From an uncultured Gammaproteobacteria bacterium (GTDB taxonomy: Bacteria > Patescibacteriota > Patescibacteriia > UBA9934): a stretch of DNA of 64,000 bases. The DNA lies in contig CAYFME010000001.1 in NCBI GenBank assembly GCA_964344145.1, forward strand, positions 16,896 to 80,895, given 5' to 3'. The position numbers and the translations under genes are program-made. Under the pieces are notes generated by a model. The model did no database searches. It had not been told where the DNA came from and saw only the letters and a program-made list of their open reading frames with translations. Below are positions 8,576 through 16,549 of this stretch, one piece after another (positions within the stretch are counted from its first letter, which is position 1; each line of letters starts with the position of its first letter).

Positions 8576-10287
8576 GCACTATCCGATTTTTTCTTAACCT
8601 CCTCGAGCCATTTCGCCCCCTTGCGATTGTACTTTTCGTTGCCATCCTGTGCTCGGCATTGTTTGAGAGTATTGGGATCGCTATGCTGGTTCCGCTGTTT
8701 GAGACGATTCTAAACGAAGGTGGGGAATCGCAACTGTCCAATGCCCTTGCGCCCGTGCTGCGATTGTTCGGTGCCCAGGAGAATGTTCCCGTTATTGCCG
8801 TGATCGTCCTGGTGATGTTTCTTGCAAAGAACGGGTTTCTTATTGCGACCGAATGGCTAAAGAGCAAGTTCATCTACCAGTTCCGCGCTTATTGGATGGA
8901 GCGCATTCACGCTTACTATATGCGCATGCCATATGGGGAATTGGTGCAGAAAAAACAAGGAACACTTATCGATACGTTGATCACGGAAACAAATAAAGGG
9001 GCGAGCGGTTTAGTGAACTTGGTGCAGTTCGTGACCGGTGTGGTGATGGTGACGGTTTTTTACACATTGCTTTTACTTGCGCATCTGGAGATGACTCTGA
9101 TTATGACCGCTGTCGCGCTCGCGTTGTATTTTGGCGTCGTGCGCACGATGAAGCGGTACTCAAAGGCTGTGGGCAAACAAGAGATCTTTTTTCAGCAGTC
9201 GCTCCATGAAGAGGCGGCAGAGAATATTCGTGCCACACGCCAAATTCGTACATTTGATCTGGAGGCCAGTGTGATCAGACGGTTTAACGAAACATTGCAT
9301 GCGCTGACGAAAATGCTCATCCGCTGGGATGTTGTGCGCGCTATTCCCAAGCCCACCGCCGAAGCCATGATTGTTGTGCTCTTTGTTGGCGTTGTGATGT
9401 GGTTGCAGCAGTATGATCCGGCACTCATGCGCACGCTGGTGCCGACCCTTGGAGTGATTGTTATTGTGGCGCAGCGCCTCTTCAATCATTTAACACAGCT
9501 GATTGTCCATCGCATGGTGGTGATTAGCTTCATGCCAGTTTTCGATTTGTTGCAGCGCGAGTTACGCGGGTTTCATTCCCTTCCCCCAGATACGCAAAAC
9601 GCACAAGCATGCACGCGTCTTTCCGACGACATTGCCTTTGCGGGGATGTGTTTTCAGTATCCGGGCAAGGAGCCACTCTTTGACAACGTGAGCTTCCAGA
9701 TTCCCCACGGGAAAACGACCGCGCTGATTGGAGCATCCGGTTCAGGAAAATCAACTATTGCCGACCTGCTCTTGGGGCTTTATGCGCCAACGAGTGGTGC
9801 GATCCTTGTCAACGGAATTGATCTGGAAACGATTGCCCCCACAACATGGCGACGGATGATCGGATTTGTGAGTCAGGATAATTTTCTCTTTCACACGAGC
9901 ATTGGCGAAAACATTCGCATCGGAACGCCCGAGGCGACGGACGAGGACATCCAGCGCGTGGCACGGCTCGCCAATGCCCATGATTTTATCACCCAGTTTC
10001 CCGAAGGATACGACACGATTGTTGGCGATGAAGGCGTGATGCTCTCGGGAGGACAGCGGCAGCGCATTGCGATCGCGCGTGCGTTGCTTCATAACCCTGA
10101 CATCCTTATTTTTGATGAGGCGACGAGCGCGTTGGACTTGGAGACCGAGCGCGCCATTCAACAAGAGATCGGTGCGTTGGCAAAAGGCAAGACGGTGATC
10201 ATCATTACGCATCGTCAAGAGGTACTTGCACACGTGGACCGCATCATCCGCATTGTTGACGGCGCCGTGCACATAGAAGATGTATGA
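8572..10287 (+). CDS. ABC exporter, fused permease + ATPase (MsbA/lipid-flippase-like)
   Basis: Six predicted TM helices N-terminally. Walker A GASGSGKST, signature LSGGQRQRIAIARAL, Walker B ILIFDEATSALD. Confidence 0.85.
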   Translation: MSTIRFFLNLLEPFRPLAIVLFVAILCSALFESIGIAMLVPLFETILNEGGESQLSNALAPVLRLFGAQENVPVIAVIVLVMFLAKNGFLIATEWLKSKFIYQFRAYWMERIHAYYMRMPYGELVQKKQGTLIDTLITETNKGASGLVNLVQFVTGVVMVTVFYTLLLLAHLEMTLIMTAVALALYFGVVRTMKRYSKAVGKQEIFFQQSLHEEAAENIRATRQIRTFDLEASVIRRFNETLHALTKMLIRWDVVRAIPKPTAEAMIVVLFVGVVMWLQQYDPALMRTLVPTLGVIVIVAQRLFNHLTQLIVHRMVVISFMPVFDLLQRELRGFHSLPPDTQNAQACTRLSDDIAFAGMCFQYPGKEPLFDNVSFQIPHGKTTALIGASGSGKSTIADLLLGLYAPTSGAILVNGIDLETIAPTTWRRMIGFVSQDNFLFHTSIGENIRIGTPEATDEDIQRVARLANAHDFITQFPEGYDTIVGDEGVMLSGGQRQRIAIARALLHNPDILIFDEATSALDLETERAIQQEIGALAKGKTVIIITHRQEVLAHVDRIIRIVDGAVHIEDV

Positions 10288-11768
10288 AGACGCGCGAGTT
10301 CACCGATTATATTGCCGAGGATACACAGGTAACACGACTGATTTATGACACGCTCCTTGCGGCGTATCGAGAATCGAGTCGCGATAGATCCCCTGCGGAA
10401 AATACATTCGGTCTGTTTTTTTGCGAGGTGTTGAAACTCCTCACGGGGACGGTGCTGCGCGCGCGCGAGTTGGATCATGAACTCGTGTCGCAAGAGATGA
10501 AACGTCGCACGCTCACGCGATGGCCGTATATCGGCTACGGAGATTTGCTCCACGGGGTTTCTACGGAGAATAAAACATACGGCCGTACGCAAGGTATGCG
10601 TGCACGACCGCGAGCGGTGCATCGCGGCGTCGAATGGCTCAGTACGCTGAGCGGTCTTTCAAAACGCAAAACCGTTGGGCTCATGAACACAGGGAATAAT
10701 CGGGCCCTTGCGCGCGCCTGCTTGTCGCGCGGATACTCCATACGATTTCTCGATGCGCGTCCGATTGCCCACCGCATGCCCCATCTTGACATCGACCTAG
10801 ACAACATAATGGCGGCGATCGATTCAGTGCATGCGCAAATCACCCTTCCTCTCGCGCCGGACGTATATAAAACGATTCTACGCCGCCATGTGGAAAGCAT
10901 CGTTGAAAGCGGAATGCCGCGTCATCCCGGTGTTGATGTGCTCGTGCGCGGCTCCGGATCGGAATTCATGAATCGGGTGCTTTCTCACGTCGCAGCGCTG
11001 CACAACATCCCCATTATCGATATTGTGCACGGCGAGGGATTCGGCATCTTAGATGAACATACGTTTGGTATTGGGGAACAGTATCTTGCTGACGCGGTCG
11101 TCGGCTACGGAGCGTTGTATGGCCAGCAGTCACAACAGTACTCACTCACACGGTATACGGATGATATGCCACAATACCTATCGACGAAGAGCGATACGCA
11201 GGCAGGTACAGGGCAACACGTCGAATCGCTTGATCTCGCTTCTCAAAAGAACGTGTTCTATTTTCCTACCTCACTTTCCGGAGATCGGTATCGATACGGG
11301 CCGTATCGTGACATGCCGGACGCCTTGTATCTACAATGGCAGCAGCATCTCACCACCCTTTTTGATCCATTGTTTATCAAGGCACATCCAAAAGAGCGAT
11401 TTCATGAGGCGCTGCGCGACACGCATGCACAGTACATCACCGAGGATCTTCGTACGATGATTGACCGTGTGGAGGTGTTCATTTTCGACTATGTTTCCTC
11501 GGCGTTTTTCTTGGCAGCGGCAACAAACAAGCCGATCATTTTTCTTGATCTCGGATTGCGCAACATCGCGCCGCACGCGCGGAAGTTGATGCAAGAGCGG
11601 ACGCACTACATTGATGTCGCGGCGTTTGGACATCTCGATCGCTCCACTCTCCTTCATGCGCTCGCCGATATACAGGAGAAAAAACACGCATTAACACATG
11701 CATGTATCACAGACAGTACAGCGAGTGGACGTTTAGAAACCATTTTTCAATTGGTGGAAGCATTATGA
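10284..11768 (+). CDS. TagF-like (CDP-alcohol/CMP-sugar phosphotransferase, Glyphos_transf-like) polymerase candidate
   Basis: The C-terminal region KAHPKE ... VFIFDYVSSAFFLAAATNKPIIFLDLG resembles the K-HP and TDYSS...KPIIFY motifs of TagF/TarL-type enzymes. The remaining ~350 aa are unassigned. Confidence 0.4.
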   Translation: MKTREFTDYIAEDTQVTRLIYDTLLAAYRESSRDRSPAENTFGLFFCEVLKLLTGTVLRARELDHELVSQEMKRRTLTRWPYIGYGDLLHGVSTENKTYGRTQGMRARPRAVHRGVEWLSTLSGLSKRKTVGLMNTGNNRALARACLSRGYSIRFLDARPIAHRMPHLDIDLDNIMAAIDSVHAQITLPLAPDVYKTILRRHVESIVESGMPRHPGVDVLVRGSGSEFMNRVLSHVAALHNIPIIDIVHGEGFGILDEHTFGIGEQYLADAVVGYGALYGQQSQQYSLTRYTDDMPQYLSTKSDTQAGTGQHVESLDLASQKNVFYFPTSLSGDRYRYGPYRDMPDALYLQWQQHLTTLFDPLFIKAHPKERFHEALRDTHAQYITEDLRTMIDRVEVFIFDYVSSAFFLAAATNKPIIFLDLGLRNIAPHARKLMQERTHYIDVAAFGHLDRSTLLHALADIQEKKHALTHACITDSTASGRLETIFQLVEAL

Positions 11769-12847
11769 CGGTAAACGTACAGGATGATATTCCATTGCTT
11801 GATGCGCTCATGCAGGACATGGAGCGTTATCCTGCGCATCAACCCACGAATTTCTGGAAGCCCTATGTGGCGCGCATTGATCATGCCATCCGTCAGGACG
11901 GTCTGTCCGCTTTTCGCAGCAATCGCGCCATTATCAAAGGCTATGAGTACACGACGCTTCCGGGGGAGAACCCGATGCGGCGTAATCGCTTCGCGCGCTT
12001 TGCGGACACATGCATGCGCGTACCACCACTTTCCTTGCTGCGTAAACCATATCAAGACATGTTCTACAAACTGCAAGAGCAGGTGCGAGAGGGTATCGCG
12101 CGGGAGTATCGATTGCTCTATCAGTACTGCGCAACCGAGCCTCGGATGCGAACGATTTTGAAGGCGGTGCACGAGCAGGGGGTGGGCGATCCGGTCACGA
12201 TTTCGATAGACGAACGGGCGTACTCAGAGAATTTGCTCAATCATATCCCCGCGGTGTCGCTCATGACCACGGTACGTCCGCTTGCACAGACGAAACGTAT
12301 CCTCGAGATTGGCGGCGGGTACGGTGTGTTTGCACAGATCATCACGCGATTGCAGCAGGATGTACTCGACTATCTTGTCATGGTCGATATCCCTCCGGTG
12401 CTGTATGTTGCTACGCAATATCTTAAAGCCCTTTTTCCTGATCGCGTACTTGATTATCGCGCCGTGCGTGATGTGCAGACCATTGATGCGCGCATGTTGC
12501 AAGGAAAGATTTTGCTGATCCCGCCATGGATGCTGGAGCGCCTTGCGTGCGATTTTGACCTTCTGTGGAGTGTGGGGGCATTTCAAGAGATGGAAAAAGA
12601 TCGCGTGGAGATGTACCTCGATCAGGGGGCAAAGCGGTGTGCTTCCATCTTCACGTCAGGCCTTATTCGTGGGCATGCGCCGGGTGCGGGCGGGCAGCGC
12701 GAGCCCATTGCGTTCGATTGGATTGTTGATGCCATTTGCGCGCGTGGGTATACTCATGTACCGCTTCCTTCCGATGTCCCGGAACGCACTGCCCTGCGCG
12801 CGTGCGTAGCGAACTACGATTTTGGCTATTTTGAAAAGGTAACTTAA
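11765..12847 (+). CDS. hypothetical protein, possible SAM-dependent methyltransferase-like fold
   Basis: ATG at 11765 forms an ATGA overlap with the upstream stop. The internal ILEIGGGYGVFAQI resembles a glycine-rich SAM-binding motif. No further recognisable signature. Confidence 0.35.
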   Translation: MTVNVQDDIPLLDALMQDMERYPAHQPTNFWKPYVARIDHAIRQDGLSAFRSNRAIIKGYEYTTLPGENPMRRNRFARFADTCMRVPPLSLLRKPYQDMFYKLQEQVREGIAREYRLLYQYCATEPRMRTILKAVHEQGVGDPVTISIDERAYSENLLNHIPAVSLMTTVRPLAQTKRILEIGGGYGVFAQIITRLQQDVLDYLVMVDIPPVLYVATQYLKALFPDRVLDYRAVRDVQTIDARMLQGKILLIPPWMLERLACDFDLLWSVGAFQEMEKDRVEMYLDQGAKRCASIFTSGLIRGHAPGAGGQREPIAFDWIVDAICARGYTHVPLPSDVPERTALRACVANYDFGYFEKVT

Positions 12848-12861
12848 TTCCGAATTGCATT

Positions 12862-13629
12862 ATGGAAACACCAAAGCAACATGATGTCGTGTGGGACGAG
12901 CAAAAAATTGCAGATTATTGGAATATTTGGGGAAACTTGAAACCAAAGAGTCCTTGGTTTGGCGAAAAAGCCGGTACGTGGATAAGGAAAGAGGTAGAAG
13001 AACTAAGGCCACATTTTAGCGGGAAGTCCCCTAAGGTGTTGGACATTGGTTGCGGTTCCGGCGTTCTTTTGCACAAGACGTTTGCTCCAATGGGATTTGA
13101 TTGTTATGGGGTCGACCTTTCACCGGAGCGCATGGAGCGCGCGCGCCGAGACTATCCGGAGATGACCTTTGCCGTCGGATCGATGAAGTCGTCGCCGTTT
13201 CCGGATGATACCTTCGATCTGGTGGTTTCCACGCAAATGGTAGAGCATTTGCTTGATGATGATCTTGAGCCCTCGTTTGCAGAGATGTCGCGCCTTGTAA
13301 AACCGGGCGGGCTCGTGATGATTACGACGCGATATGATGAAGACATGAGCCAGGGGCATAACGTCTGTCCGGATTGTCACGCCGTCTATCGTTACTCGCA
13401 GCACTTGCAATCGTTTGACATTCCGCGCATGACTGCCCTACTTGAGGGTGTGGGTCTTTCCCCATTGATCGTGAAACGGAGTCGTTGCCGGGATCATTTG
13501 CGCGACATGATCCCACAGCGTCGCATCCCGCTCGTTCGTCATTTAGGCCCCCTGTTGTATTGGCTGTTTGCCGATAAGCTGGATCGCGAGATGGGAAAGT
13601 ATCTTTACGCGGTAGGGAAGAAGGAATAG
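12862..13629 (+). CDS. class I SAM-dependent methyltransferase
   Basis: VLDIGCGSGVLL motif I, LVKPGGLVMITT post-II motif, and a CPDCHAVYRY zinc-ribbon-like insert. Confidence 0.75.
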   Translation: METPKQHDVVWDEQKIADYWNIWGNLKPKSPWFGEKAGTWIRKEVEELRPHFSGKSPKVLDIGCGSGVLLHKTFAPMGFDCYGVDLSPERMERARRDYPEMTFAVGSMKSSPFPDDTFDLVVSTQMVEHLLDDDLEPSFAEMSRLVKPGGLVMITTRYDEDMSQGHNVCPDCHAVYRYSQHLQSFDIPRMTALLEGVGLSPLIVKRSRCRDHLRDMIPQRRIPLVRHLGPLLYWLFADKLDREMGKYLYAVGKKE

Positions 13630-13665
13630 AAACAGAAGACCCCGCACCGGACAGGTGACGGGGTC
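13621..13665 (-). terminator. candidate minus-strand rho-independent terminator
   Basis: 11-bp GC-rich stem with one bulge: GACCCCGCACC-ggaca-GGTGACGGGGTC (13638-13665). On the minus strand it is followed by TTCTGTTTCTATTCCTT. It sits just downstream of the minus-strand stop at 13770. Confidence 0.4.
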
Positions 13666-13769
13666 ACTCTGTCGATGCGGGGTAGTTCACCCAGCGCCCT
13701 GCGTGGTGCGGGGGCTGCACCCCGGAGGCGGGCACGAGATGCGATTTCTGTGGGATGCGGTTGAGGTTG

Positions 13770-14006
13770 TCACGCGCTGGTGGACGTGTTCTGGCTTCGC
13801 ATCAGGTTCTGCCTCGCTCGGCGCATGATCACGACCAGCGCGGGCATGACGATGCACAAGATGGCGAAGATGGCGACGGAGGTCTTGGGGTGCGGTGAGC
13901 CGGGGATCGCAGCCGCCGACAGGAGGAGGATGAGAATAGCACCAAACCAGCTCACGCCCTCTCCGACCTTGGCCCAGAAGATCTCACGCTTGAAATAGTC
14001 CCCCAT
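13770..14006 (-). CDS. small 2-TM membrane protein (78 aa), high-GC islet
   Basis: Internal ATG at 14006-14004 is preceded by AGGAGG and overlaps the upstream stop (TGATG). Translation MGDYFKREIFWAKVGEGVSWFGAILILLL...AIFAILCIVMPALVVIM has two hydrophobic helices. The upstream extension of the listed 156-aa ORF has no RBS and is probably not translated. Confidence 0.5.
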   Translation of the reverse strand: MGDYFKREIFWAKVGEGVSWFGAILILLLSAAAIPGSPHPKTSVAIFAILCIVMPALVVIMRRARQNLMRSQNTSTSA

Positions 14007-14344
14007 CACTTTACCTCCTGCTGGATTTTCGACTCCGTCTTGTGCAGGTGGGCGAAGATCTTGTAGAAGAGCCAGCACATGAGCGCCATGGGGATGCCCA
14101 GCAGCGTCGCGCCGAACGCCTCGAGGACGTTGCCGGCTAGAAGGGGCGACACCGCGAAGCAGCACATCGCGCTGAAGTAGATCGTCTTGTTGAAGACCAT
14201 CAGGGTCATGACGTTCCCGGACTGCTCCGGGTAGGTGCACTGCAGGTAGTAGCGCACCGTGTTCCAGTTGAGCAGGTTGTAGACCACCCCGATGAACAGG
14301 GCGACCGCTCCGATGTAGAGCGTGATGGGAAGTGGCAGATCCAT
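14006..14344 (-). CDS. small 3-TM membrane protein (112 aa), high-GC islet
   Basis: GGAGAAAG RBS precedes the ATG at 14344. Three hydrophobic helices (ITLYIGAVALFIGVVY, IYFSAMCCFAVSPLLAG, LLGIPMALMCWLFYKIF). Translationally coupled to the downstream small membrane gene. Confidence 0.55.
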   Translation of the reverse strand: MDLPLPITLYIGAVALFIGVVYNLLNWNTVRYYLQCTYPEQSGNVMTLMVFNKTIYFSAMCCFAVSPLLAGNVLEAFGATLLGIPMALMCWLFYKIFAHLHKTESKIQQEVK

Positions 14345-14463
14345 GGCTTTCTCCAGTCGACTGGGTGAAGTTGCCGACGTGTCAAACTAGCATACAATGG
14401 CTCTGCCGTCAACCAGCTGTTGACGTGAGGCCATTTTTCTGTTAACCATCCTCTCTCAATTAC

Positions 14464-15030
14464 ATGATTATGCTATCATTTAGCAAAAGGGATATGAGTA
14501 ACGTTTGTAACGATAAATTTAAGAATCTTGTCCTCTACGTCCTATCTCACGAAGATTATAGGGAGGGAGGTATTAAGAAGTTGAATAAACTCCTGTACTT
14601 TATTGATTTCTATTTTTACAGAGACCACGAGGAGCTCATCTCGAACGTAGACTACGCAAAGGCAGACATGGGGCCTGTGGTTGACGGGTATAAGACTATT
14701 TTCAGTGCATTAGCCGAAGATGGCGTGATTGAGCAGGTGTCGAACGTGGGCTTTGTGGCGTATAAGGCGAACCAAGCACCAGATTTGAGTGATTTTTCTT
14801 CAGATGAGATCGCCCACATCGGACGAGTACTCGATCAGTATGGGAAACTTTCTGGAAGTGACTTGGAGTTAATCTCTCATCAGCAGCAACCGTGGGTGCT
14901 TACTGAAAGCATGGGAGATAAGATTGATCCTGATTTAGCACTCTTAATTGCAGATAGTGATAATGAAGATGTGGAAGTTCAAAATCAGGATTTGAAGAAC
15001 GAACTGATTGATCTTGCAAATTCTGTGTAG
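14464..15030 (+). CDS. Panacea-domain (DUF4065, SocA-like) putative antitoxin
   Basis: KKLNKLLYFIDFYFYRDHEELISNVDYAKADMGPVVDGY matches the DUF4065/Panacea core (KLxKLLYF...GPV..). The gene is AT-rich relative to its flanks. Confidence 0.6.
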   Translation: MIMLSFSKRDMSNVCNDKFKNLVLYVLSHEDYREGGIKKLNKLLYFIDFYFYRDHEELISNVDYAKADMGPVVDGYKTIFSALAEDGVIEQVSNVGFVAYKANQAPDLSDFSSDEIAHIGRVLDQYGKLSGSDLELISHQQQPWVLTESMGDKIDPDLALLIADSDNEDVEVQNQDLKNELIDLANSV

Positions 15031-15033
15031 CCT

Positions 15034-15363
15034 ATGGCTAAAATTACGGTTGAAGTCCTGGAGTCGCTACAAAAGGAGGTAGATAAAGGTGGTCCGAAAA
15101 TCAAGAAATTATTCGAAAAACAAAAACGATTCATGGAAATGAATCCCAACTATCCATCACTGGGACGAACCAAGCTGCAGGGCGTCTTTGACAAATATGG
15201 TGATCCACTTTGGGAAATTCGTTTGAACAAAAAGGACAGAATCGTATTTGTGGAAAGAAACAGCGGCGAAAGAGTCATCTGGTTGAAGATTGTTGACCAC
15301 GATTCACTCGTCAGAAAGAACACGATTCATGCAAAAGGAAACTATAAAGACACCCCTTGCTGA
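15034..15363 (+). CDS. small protein with RelE/ParE-like toxin C-terminus (putative cognate toxin)
   Basis: LWEIRLNKKDRIVFVERNSGERVIWLKIVDH resembles the RelE/ParE superfamily motif LYELR..RiiY...v.vL.i.hR. It starts 4 nt after the Panacea gene stop. Confidence 0.45.
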   Translation: MAKITVEVLESLQKEVDKGGPKIKKLFEKQKRFMEMNPNYPSLGRTKLQGVFDKYGDPLWEIRLNKKDRIVFVERNSGERVIWLKIVDHDSLVRKNTIHAKGNYKDTPC

Positions 15364-15368
15364 TTTTT

Positions 15369-16427
15369 TTAACTCTTTTTCGCAACAATCCGCAAGACAT
15401 CACGATTCGGTCCGTACTGGAAATCAGGATGCTGTAATAATGTGTAGAAATCGGGCGCGCGGTGTTTTGCAAGCATCGTAAGCCAGCCGCGCGTTGCGCG
15501 CTGTCCAAGCACCATACGGCTCGCGTTTAAGATCAACTGTTTCTTTTGCTGGCGGGCATGCGTTCTTTTAAGATTCGCATGCGTTGTTTTTGACGAGTGC
15601 ACTCCCTCTTTAACGTCCGTGGTCATTTCTTGCGCCGCCGCCGTGGATTCGAGGGATCGTACCGTGCGCTTCACATCTTCTTGTTTGCCCGCGCTGCCGA
15701 TAAATTGTGTTTCCAAGCCGGCGTTTGCGCAGACGCGCTCGAGTGATTCCATGCTGAAGAAGGAGAGGTGGGGAATTGAGTAATACTGATAGCGTGTCAG
15801 ATCTTCATTTGGGACTTCGCAAATAAAGATACCGCCTGGTGCGAGGAGCCGTGCCACATGCGCGACAATCCCCGGAACATCGTGTGCATTGAAATGCTCC
15901 AGCGAGTGGGACATGACAATCACGCGAAACGTATTGTCCGGAAGCTCGGCAATGGGCTCCGGACCGAACAATTGAGGAACAATCGTTGCGCCAAGTTTTT
16001 GTAGTCGAGGATGAGCGTCTTCCTGCGGCTCAACCGCCCAATACTCCATCGGCACATTAAGGCGCGTACATGTATGGAAGAAGTGCCCGGGACCAGGACC
16101 GATATCCAAAAGTTTATCCGTTGGTTTTGGATCAACATACTGGCGCATGAGCAGTACCTGCGCGAGCGCGCGCGGCTCAAAGTGAAATGGATTGCCAACA
16201 TTCAAGAGGGGATTTTTCCCCCCTTTCATGGCTCTGCCGGTGTAGGCTTTTGTGTAGAAGGCATCGAGGTCCTCCTCTGCAATGCGCTCCCCGCCGAAGC
16301 TAAACCGACAGTTGTTGCACGAATAGATGCTCAGCTGACGAAAGGAGGACGGCATGTCCATGGTGCCGGTGTAGTAGTCTCTTTTCCTCTCCGTATTTGT
16401 TGGCGTGGTACAGATGGGGCAGTTCAT
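15369..16427 (-). CDS. class I SAM-dependent methyltransferase with N-terminal CxxC zinc ribbon
   Basis: Start chosen at the ATG (16427) preceded by GGAG. MNCPICTTP...CNNCRF zinc ribbon, LLDIGPGPGHFF motif I, LAPGGIFICEVPNED. Confidence 0.7.
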   Translation of the reverse strand: MNCPICTTPTNTERKRDYYTGTMDMPSSFRQLSIYSCNNCRFSFGGERIAEEDLDAFYTKAYTGRAMKGGKNPLLNVGNPFHFEPRALAQVLLMRQYVDPKPTDKLLDIGPGPGHFFHTCTRLNVPMEYWAVEPQEDAHPRLQKLGATIVPQLFGPEPIAELPDNTFRVIVMSHSLEHFNAHDVPGIVAHVARLLAPGGIFICEVPNEDLTRYQYYSIPHLSFFSMESLERVCANAGLETQFIGSAGKQEDVKRTVRSLESTAAAQEMTTDVKEGVHSSKTTHANLKRTHARQQKKQLILNASRMVLGQRATRGWLTMLAKHRAPDFYTLLQHPDFQYGPNRDVLRIVAKKS

Positions 16428-16549
16428 GGGAATCTCCGTATTATGAATGCTGGGAGAGTATAGCAACAGGACGGAGACCATGGCAATACTCCTGTTTCAG
16501 AACAATTGACAGGCTTTCTTTGTATGCTACCATCGAATCCACAATACCT

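Noticed and set aside
13770-14240. Full 156-aa listed ORF on the minus strand
   Set aside because: Its N-terminal 78 codons overlap the upstream small membrane gene in another frame and lack an RBS. The AGGAGG-preceded internal ATG at 14006 gives a compact two-gene coupled arrangement, so only the 78-aa version is reported.
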